Below are positions 6,321-13,182 of a stretch of 15,639 bases of DNA, piece by piece; position 1 is the first letter of the stretch, and each line of letters opens with the position of its first letter. The notes beneath the pieces are model-generated. The model was not told the DNA's origin. It worked only from the letters and a program-made list of their open reading frames with translations, and ran no database searches. Both the position numbers and the translations under genes were made by a program. Origin of the DNA: a candidate division FCPU426 bacterium (GTDB lineage Bacteria > Oederibacteriota > JAAXVQ01 > JAUVAV01); assembly GCA_030637655.1 (NCBI GenBank), contig DAOWGI010000043.1, forward strand, positions 1 to 15,639, written 5' to 3'.

Positions 6321-7789
6321 TTAATAAGCACCACTTTTCCCATGCTACTGCGCTCCTGCGTTTGAATCTGAAATATATATACTCCTCCTTCACATAAATG
6401 GCCGGCCTCGCTGCTGCCGTCCCACTCTGACACATTTCGCAAAGTCCGCACCAGACGGCCTGCTATATCCCAAATGCGAATCATATACTCTCCTTGTTCT
6501 TCCAGCGAAGCAAGCTGAAATTGAGTTCGCTGTCCTAAGGCAGGAAGAAAAGGATTTGGAGTTGCGGCTCCTCTTTCTCCCAGAAACGTGGGAGGTCGTG
6601 TCTCGGTGCTTACCGGAGTATTGGACGGAGTAACTGTCGGCGTTGCTGAAAGTGGAAAAGTATAGTGCTGCACTATGGCCTGGGCGGGAAATTCATTTTC
6701 ATACCAAGTTACATAAAGTGTTGAGTCGGAAGCTGCCAGCCGTGGTCGAACGCCGTCAATATCAGGATTAACATTTAAACTTCCACCAACCTGTGTCCAG
6801 GTTGAAAAATTCCTGGTTTTAACAATGATTTGCTGCTTAAATCCGTTACTTTCCTGCCAAGCAACATAAGGTGTAGCTAGATGAAATACTATTGAAGGGT
6901 AGTCCGCATCGCGATTGGGATCATTATTTAGCGCTCCTCCCAGGGTTGACCATATACTGCCGGTCCAATATCTAACATAAATTTGACTGTTAATGCCATT
7001 TTCCTGGGCAAACGCTATATAGGGTGTGCTGTTGTAAAAACAAAGACTTTGATGGTTGGCATTTTCAACGGTATTTATATTTACACTACCCCCCACTTGC
7101 TCCCAATCACTCCCATTCCAAAATTTGACATAGATTTGAGTAGCACTGCTAGTCTCTTCCACCCAGGCAATATAAGGAGTATATTCATTGAACACCAAAC
7201 TTGGCCAGACTGCGGTTTCGTTGGGATTTATGTTGATACTTGAGCCTAATTGCTCCCAGGTACTTCCATTCAAATATTTAACATAAGCTAAATAAACAAA
7301 CTCCCCGTTATCTTCAGACCAGGCAATATATGGCGTGTTATTTGATATCGTTACCTCCGCATACCAAGCACTTTTATTAACATCCAAATTAATATCTCCG
7401 CCCACGCGGATCCAGGTGTCAGTGTCCCATTTTTTAACAATTACTTTATAAGCATCACCAATATGTTCCGACCAGGCGACATACGGTGTGTAATATAAAA
7501 TATCAATATTCGGCATGATTGCGCTTCGGTTACTAAAAACATTCAAACTAGTGCCAAGGGCTATCCAAGCGCTGCCTGTCCACAGTTTGACGTAAATTTT
7601 ATTAGGAGACCCGCCTTCCTGCCAGCATACAATAGGGGTATTTTGTGTGACTGCAATACTGGGATATGAAGCATTAACTTCAGGGTCTGTGTTCAGACTT
7701 CCTCCATCTTGGACCCAACTACCCCAAGCCAAAGAGGCCAATGAAAAAAGGCCCAGAATTTGCAGCAGCCATATTTTTTTCATTTTCAT
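6317..7789 (-). CDS. Secreted 7-repeat beta-propeller protein with Thr/Pro linker and C-terminal FlgD-Ig / T9SS-like sorting domain
   Basis: Signal peptide. Seven repeats of 46-52 aa, consensus W.Q.GG.(L/I)N......A..P.(I/L).....PY(V/I)AW.E......IYVK.W.G (aa 25-376). Linker ATPTVTPSNTP. Tail PNPF...IRIWDIAGRLVRTL...WDG...GVYIFQI...KVVLIK. Its stop overlaps the next start (ATGA, 6320-6317). Confidence 0.85.
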   Translation of the reverse strand: MKMKKIWLLQILGLFSLASLAWGSWVQDGGSLNTDPEVNASYPSIAVTQNTPIVCWQEGGSPNKIYVKLWTGSAWIALGTSLNVFSNRSAIMPNIDILYYTPYVAWSEHIGDAYKVIVKKWDTDTWIRVGGDINLDVNKSAWYAEVTISNNTPYIAWSEDNGEFVYLAYVKYLNGSTWEQLGSSININPNETAVWPSLVFNEYTPYIAWVEETSSATQIYVKFWNGSDWEQVGGSVNINTVENANHQSLCFYNSTPYIAFAQENGINSQIYVRYWTGSIWSTLGGALNNDPNRDADYPSIVFHLATPYVAWQESNGFKQQIIVKTRNFSTWTQVGGSLNVNPDIDGVRPRLAASDSTLYVTWYENEFPAQAIVQHYTFPLSATPTVTPSNTPVSTETRPPTFLGERGAATPNPFLPALGQRTQFQLASLEEQGEYMIRIWDIAGRLVRTLRNVSEWDGSSEAGHLCEGGVYIFQIQTQERSSMGKVVLIK

Positions 7790-8034
7790 CCTATCTGTTT
7801 CATGAATAATATAACTTAATTTTGCACGTGAGTAAGCTAAAAAAATATTCCCATCTGAGCGGGCGCTATAAAATATGTTTTCAACCAGCTTATAGCTCCA
7901 AAGGGAGACTCCCCCGGATGGTTAAGTCCAAGCATAGAGAAAAAACACAAAGTATTCAAGTTGAAAGTGAGGAATGCAGTAACAGGTCAGTCATGCGTTT
8001 TTTTGTTTGTCATCCGTGAATGCAGCCCCCACCC

Positions 8035-8166
8035 TGTCATCCCCGAATGCTTGTATCCCCGATAAGAGCATTCGAGGACGGATATGGTTTAAAAAATCAG
8101 ATTCCTGCCGAATGCGTCCCTATATATCTTTTCCGGTCGGGGCCGATTAAACCCTCGGAAATGACA
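8035..8166. repeat. Degenerate palindromic element bounded by TGTCAT...ATGACA
   Basis: tgtcatccccga (8035-8046) versus tcggaaatgaca (8155-8166), 10/12 inverted. Internal hairpin tccccgaatgct (8040-8051) with agcattcgagga (8067-8078), 11/12. Confidence 0.6.
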
Positions 8167-8320
8167 AAATCGGGGAAATTGGCTCAAATTGTCTTTTGGC
8201 GACACTTCCATAAAGTATGCGAACCTAACAATTGAGAATTGAGCTGTGCTGGAATAATAAATTTAGATTTTGATGCAAAATTCAGGCGCTAAATTACGCA
8301 CGGCTTCCTTAAACTGCGCC

Positions 8321-10312
8321 TTACTCATATCGCAAGGCTACAATAGGATTGAGTTCCGCCGCTTTTTTAGCAGGCCACAAGCCGAAAACCAAGCCAATAA
8401 TCACTGAAAACATGGTCACCATCATTACCGAGGAACCCGATATGCTGATCGCCCAGCCGGTAAATGTCGTTAACAGTACTGCAATACCCACGCCAACGGC
8501 TATGCCTAAAATACCGCCGCAAAAGGTCATTACAATAGCTTCGATCAGAAACTGGAGCATAATATCTTTTTTGCGCGCGCCAATGGCTTTGCGCAAACCG
8601 ATCTCGCGCGTCCGCTCGGTTACTGAGACCAGCATGATATTCATAATACCAATCCCGCCGACCAGCAAAGAGATGGCTGCGATACAACCTAAGAGCGTGG
8701 TCATGGTTTTGGTCATACTCTGCAACGCTTCCTGAATCTCCGCCATATTGCGGATCGAGAAAGCGTTTTCCGCGTTCTCTGCCTTCACCTTATGACGTTT
8801 TACCAGCAGATCCCGAATCGCCTGCTCAGCCGGTTCCATGAACTTAAGATCATCGATTTCCACATCCATGGAATCGACGTACTTTTTGCCCAGGATGCGG
8901 TACATGGCCGTGGTTACCGGCATCACAATCATATCATCCTGATCACCACCAAACCCCGACCCTTTTTCCGGCAGCACACCTATCACCTGAAACTGGATCC
9001 GGTTGATTTTTATCATTTTCCCAACCGGATCCACATCTCCAAAAATTTCAGTTCTCACGGTCTGGCCGAGCAAAGCCACTCGCTGTCGCTTTCTAATTTC
9101 ACTTTCCACAAAATACCGGCCAATGACAGGTTCTGCCGAACGCATTTGCGCATAATCCAGACCCTGACCATAAATAGTGGTGTTCCAGTTTTTATTGCCA
9201 TACACAACCTGCCCTCTGCCCCGCACCTTGGCAGATACCCGTTTGATATGCGGCACCGTGGCCAACACTTTAGCATCCTTAAGTGTAAAGCGGGTGACTG
9301 ATCCGGCTTCCCGGGCAACCCCGCCACGATGCCAGCCGCCGGAGCGAACGCTGAGAAGATTGGTGCCCAGAGATGACATTCTCTCTTGCATGGATTTTTC
9401 CGCGCCTTTTCCCAAGGCCAGCATGGCGATAACCGAAGCCACGCCAATGAGTATGCCCAGCATGGATAAAAAGGATCTCATTTTATTGGCAAGCAGCGCT
9501 TGAAATCCCTGACGTAGATTCTCCGCAATTTCAACCAGAACCATTTTGGCCGGGTGATACGCTTCTTTCTCCTTGGCCCGATGGGTTATTGAATCCGGCT
9601 TGGCTTTACTTTTGGCGATTTTTTTCACGCTTTCATCGGAAATTATCTTGCCGTCACGCATCCAAATAATACGGTTCGCCTGCTCTGCCAACTCCCGTTC
9701 ATGGGTAACCAAGATAATAGTTTTACCTTGACGATGAAGTGTTTTTAAAAGAGCAAATATTTCTTTCTCGCTTTTTGAATCCAGATTCCCAGTCGGCTCA
9801 TCCGCAAATATGACCAAGGGATTATTGACCAAAGAACGTGCTATGGCCACACGCTGCTGCTGACCGCCGGACAGCTCATTGGGTTTGTGATCCTCTCTGT
9901 CACCCAGACCGACTTGATTAAGTTTTTCTTCAGCCATCCGGCGCATATTATTGTGACCGCTGTAAATCAGAGGCAAGGCAACGTTTTCCAACGCGGATAC
10001 GCGCGGCAATAGATGAAATTGCTGGAACACAAAGCCGGCATAGTTATTGCGAATTGAAGCCAGGTCATCATCGTTTAAGCGAGAAACATCTTTTCCATTT
10101 AAATGATAGGTTCCTGAGTCCGGACGATCCAGCAGCCCCAAAATATGCAGCATTGTTGATTTGCCTGATCCGGATGGTCCCATAATGGCTACAAACTCAT
10201 TGTTTTGAATATCCAGGGAAACATTTTGCATGGCACGGACTTCATTATTGCCAATGCGATAGGTCTTGGACACATTTTTTATCCGGATAACCGCGTCCTG
10301 CTTGGGCTTCAT
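8321..10312 (-). CDS. macB: MacB-family ABC exporter, fused ATPase and permease
   Basis: GPSGSGKS, LSGGQQQRVAIAR, IFADEPTGNLD. TM1 RSFLSMLGILIGVASVIAM, a periplasmic domain, and the FtsX-type C-terminus GGIGIMNIMLVSVTERTREIGLRKAIGA...LNPIVALRYE. Confidence 0.95.
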   Translation of the reverse strand: MKPKQDAVIRIKNVSKTYRIGNNEVRAMQNVSLDIQNNEFVAIMGPSGSGKSTMLHILGLLDRPDSGTYHLNGKDVSRLNDDDLASIRNNYAGFVFQQFHLLPRVSALENVALPLIYSGHNNMRRMAEEKLNQVGLGDREDHKPNELSGGQQQRVAIARSLVNNPLVIFADEPTGNLDSKSEKEIFALLKTLHRQGKTIILVTHERELAEQANRIIWMRDGKIISDESVKKIAKSKAKPDSITHRAKEKEAYHPAKMVLVEIAENLRQGFQALLANKMRSFLSMLGILIGVASVIAMLALGKGAEKSMQERMSSLGTNLLSVRSGGWHRGGVAREAGSVTRFTLKDAKVLATVPHIKRVSAKVRGRGQVVYGNKNWNTTIYGQGLDYAQMRSAEPVIGRYFVESEIRKRQRVALLGQTVRTEIFGDVDPVGKMIKINRIQFQVIGVLPEKGSGFGGDQDDMIVMPVTTAMYRILGKKYVDSMDVEIDDLKFMEPAEQAIRDLLVKRHKVKAENAENAFSIRNMAEIQEALQSMTKTMTTLLGCIAAISLLVGGIGIMNIMLVSVTERTREIGLRKAIGARKKDIMLQFLIEAIVMTFCGGILGIAVGVGIAVLLTTFTGWAISISGSSVMMVTMFSVIIGLVFGLWPAKKAAELNPIVALRYE

Positions 10313-11295
10313 TGTCTCCGGCCCCCTCCTCTACCTTTCCTTATGTTGGGCATAAAGGGATTATTCTTATTTTTGCTTTTATCTTTACCTTTCCATTGCT
10401 GATTATTTGAGACAATCACTACAATATCATCTGTTGACAAACCCTGTATGATTTCCACATGCGTTAAATCGGAAATTCCCAGCTCGACCTTTCGAGGCCG
10501 AAAGGGCCGCTCCCCTTCGCTTTTTACCATGACAAGAGACCGTCCCTCTCTTTGTATAACAGCAGTAGCGGGAATTTTGAGCACATTCTCTTTTTGTTTT
10601 TGAATCACTTCAATATTTGCGCTCATGCCCGAGCGAAAGACCTTCGGGACCTGATCAGGAATAATCTCCACGTGATAGATGGTCACATTGTTGACCACTG
10701 TCGATTCATATGAGATATGCTCAACCTGGCCGGTAACCCTCACATCCGGATAAGCATCCAACTCGATAACCGCTTTTTGTCCCACCGCAATATTCCCGAC
10801 ATCCGTCTCATCCACTGTGGCATTGATCATAAGCCGGTCGGATAACACAAAGAGCGCATCCGCCGCGCTAACTGTTTGCCCCGGCTCGATATTGCGAACA
10901 ATCACTTTGCCGTTAATTGGCGCAATAATGGGCGTTGCCTTGTAAGCATTCTCCCAATACTGCAGTTCTTCGGGATCTTTCATGCGCGCAGCATCCAGCA
11001 GCGCCGCCCGTTCGGTGGAACTCAGCAAAGCCAGGATTTGTCCGGTTCGGACACTTTCTCCCTCTTTGACCATAATTTTCTCCACCCGGCCGCTGATGGG
11101 CGGTTTGAGCTCCAAACGGTTTTGCGGTTCCACGGTCCCGGTGGTGGAAATCGAAGTCTTAATGGTTCCCAGTTCGGGTATTATCTCCTCCATCTGAACC
11201 GCTGGTTTTCGCGGAACCAGTGTCTTCCATATCCAAAACCCCAAGACCAACACCAACAGCAGACTTGCACTTAACATAAGTGTTTTCTTATTCAT
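10309..11295 (-). CDS. macA: MacA-family periplasmic adaptor (membrane fusion protein)
   Basis: N-terminal TM anchor; lipoyl halves ELKPPISGRVEKIMVKEGESV and IIAPINGKV; VDETDVGNIAVGQ; FRSGMSANIEV; VELGISD. Overlaps macB by 4 bp (ATGA) and tolC by 8 bp. Confidence 0.92.
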   Translation of the reverse strand: MNKKTLMLSASLLLVLVLGFWIWKTLVPRKPAVQMEEIIPELGTIKTSISTTGTVEPQNRLELKPPISGRVEKIMVKEGESVRTGQILALLSSTERAALLDAARMKDPEELQYWENAYKATPIIAPINGKVIVRNIEPGQTVSAADALFVLSDRLMINATVDETDVGNIAVGQKAVIELDAYPDVRVTGQVEHISYESTVVNNVTIYHVEIIPDQVPKVFRSGMSANIEVIQKQKENVLKIPATAVIQREGRSLVMVKSEGERPFRPRKVELGISDLTHVEIIQGLSTDDIVVIVSNNQQWKGKDKSKNKNNPFMPNIRKGRGGGRRQ

Positions 11296-12532
11296 GCTCC
11301 AAACCCTCTCCCTTGGTCTGAATCCATTGAGCTTCAGCCAGCAGCTGTTCAGCCTGTGAATTCAAATATGATTTTTGTGCTGTGACCAACCGGTCTTCAA
11401 TAATTGCCCAATCGTCAAACTCCACCAATCCGCTGGAATACTGGGCATTGGTGATTTTGGCACGCGCTTGGGCAGCTTGCAGATACATCTGCTGGACGCG
11501 TATCTGCCCGGCGGCATTTTGCAGGGCTGTCCATTTTTGTTCCAAATTAAATTGAACACTATCTTTTTGGCTTTGTGCATTGTTCTCCGCCTGTTGGAGC
11601 GCGTATCTGGTTTTAGAGATGGCGGCCATTTTGGCGCCGCCGGCAAAGAGCGGCAAAGATAAGCTAACCCCGCCGGACACATTTGTTTCTTCAGGGAAAA
11701 AATGATTGTCCTCCAGACCGGCTGAGGCGCTTAGATAAATCGAAGGATAGAGTTCTGCATAGGCAGCTTGCACCGACCAGCGGACTGCTTCTGTGGCCGC
11801 CTGCGATTCCTTCACTTCCGGCGTGTTGAGCATCAAGGCCGGAATATCCGGTGCTTGGGAAATATCCTGCTCCACGGCAAAAGAACCGGCCACCTTAATC
11901 GGCGTGTCGGGAATCCCAATTACTTTGACCAGTTTTTGTTCGGCTAATTTATGATTTCTCCGGGCTTGTTTGACTTCAAATTCTGCTTGGGCTAAATCCG
12001 CTTCTGCGCTCAACCGTGAACCAACATGTTCACGACCGGCTGCATAGCGAAGTTTGACTAAATCAACATTTTGTTTTCTTCTTTTCGCGATGACCCCGGT
12101 CAGTTTTAATAATTCACTGTTTTTCAGCAAACCGATAAAAGCTTCTTTGAGTTGATAACGGATGAAAGCTGAGGTGATGGCAAAACGGCTCTCGGCTGTT
12201 TCCAGTTGCGCCTGTGCTTTGCCTATTGCCGCCGGTGTTTTGAACCCGTCAAATATCAATTGCCGAACCGATATGCCGGTTGAATAGCTCTCACTGCCTG
12301 AACTTGTTCTAACCGAAGCACTCAAATCCGCCTGAGGATACCACTTGCTGTAAGCAATGGCTAAATCTTCTCGGGTCTGTTGAAGCTCTGCATCTGCTGC
12401 TAAGAAATTCGGATTTTGTTTTTTAGCAGTTTGCACACAATCGGCCCAACCGTTTATTTCAGCCGCTGCTGCATTTTGGAATATGGCATATACCAGGAAG
12501 CCGGTACAGATTCCTTTTAAATATCGCGTCAT
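11288..12532 (-). CDS. TolC-family outer-membrane efflux protein
   Basis: Two OEP repeats: QNP...YPQADLSAS...RQLIFDGF and YPSIYLSAS...LSLPLFAGG...YSSG. The start is reassigned to ATG 12532 (MTRYLKG...AAAA signal peptide) because AAGGAG lies just upstream; ATG 12604 has no such RBS. Confidence 0.9.
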   Translation of the reverse strand: MTRYLKGICTGFLVYAIFQNAAAAEINGWADCVQTAKKQNPNFLAADAELQQTREDLAIAYSKWYPQADLSASVRTSSGSESYSTGISVRQLIFDGFKTPAAIGKAQAQLETAESRFAITSAFIRYQLKEAFIGLLKNSELLKLTGVIAKRRKQNVDLVKLRYAAGREHVGSRLSAEADLAQAEFEVKQARRNHKLAEQKLVKVIGIPDTPIKVAGSFAVEQDISQAPDIPALMLNTPEVKESQAATEAVRWSVQAAYAELYPSIYLSASAGLEDNHFFPEETNVSGGVSLSLPLFAGGAKMAAISKTRYALQQAENNAQSQKDSVQFNLEQKWTALQNAAGQIRVQQMYLQAAQARAKITNAQYSSGLVEFDDWAIIEDRLVTAQKSYLNSQAEQLLAEAQWIQTKGEGLEHE

Positions 12533-12883
12533 TTCAGCTACTCCTTTTGTCTTGCATATATAGCCGACTTTATAGATTGGAAATATTGTTTGGAAAAATT
12601 CCATACTGCCGTTTTTACATTTGTTTATTACTTATTTCACATCATATCCGGATAGTACTTTGAGCTTACATATAGTATGCTTTTGAAAGGAAAAAAGATT
12701 CATTTTTTTGCTTGGTTTTTCGAAAAAATAGGCGTCAACAGGTTATCCAGCCGGGTGGCCTGAGGGGTTCACGCCTTCCTCGGCTTAAACCCTATTCTTT
12801 CTCCGTGCCCTCTGTGCTTAATGCTTTTCACAGGAAGATCAGGATGGTGCGTGGCACATGTTTATTTTGTTGTGACACATTGT

Positions 12884-13014
12884 CTTGTAGGGAACGGTCG
12901 CGACCGTTCCCTACAAGGTCAGGGCGAGGGTACCTCGGCCCTACGGTATTATTAATCCTTTTAATCAATTCAATCCCATTTATTCACCGGGCGAATACAT
13001 AGATTCGCCCCTAC
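12884..13014. repeat. Second GTAG-family REP cluster
   Basis: Perfect 34-bp palindrome cttgtagggaacggtcgcgaccgttccctacaag (12884-12917); agggcgagggtacctcggccctac (12921-12944); gggcgaatacatagattcgcccctac (12989-13014). Same GGGCG...CGCCCCTAC style as 497-598. Confidence 0.85.
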
Positions 13015-13101
13015 TGCCAGCCTTCTGGAGTAAAGGCGCGGGGACTAAGAAACGCCTTTGAAAAATCAATGCTTGTTTAGCCAAGGTTGCTTTACATAAC
13101 A

Positions 13102-13142
13102 CAGAGGCTGCGGCTCTAAAGGTGGGAAAGCCGCAGCCTCTG
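13102..13142 (-). terminator. Probable terminator hairpin of the VIT-vWA gene
   Basis: 14-bp perfect stem cagaggctgcggct / agccgcagcctctg, 40 nt after the stop. The T tail on the minus strand is weak (TGTTATGT). Confidence 0.6.
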
Positions 13143-13182
13143 CTTAGTAAAGAAGGAGGAGAATCTTCTTTACCTGGTTGCC

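Noticed and set aside
7855-7996. ZTP-riboswitch-like words on the minus strand (AUGACUGAC, UGGACUUAACCA..GGGGAG, CGCCCGC)
   Set aside because: The spacing is wrong by about 60 nt, there is no terminal CUGGGC, and the downstream gene is unrelated to purine or folate metabolism.
7822-8235. Two short plus-strand ORFs (65 and 71 aa)
   Set aside because: No RBS or motifs. The second overlaps the palindromic element.
12533-12604. 24-aa N-terminal extension of TolC
   Set aside because: The RBS and signal peptide fit ATG 12532.
12577-12642. TTGGAAA and TTTnACAT short repeats upstream of tolC as regulator boxes
   Set aside because: Short matches in AT-rich DNA with inconsistent spacing; cannot be distinguished from chance.
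12712-13002. 96-aa ORF in the spacer
   Set aside because: It is composed of REP and palindrome sequence, has a TTG start, and is likely spurious.
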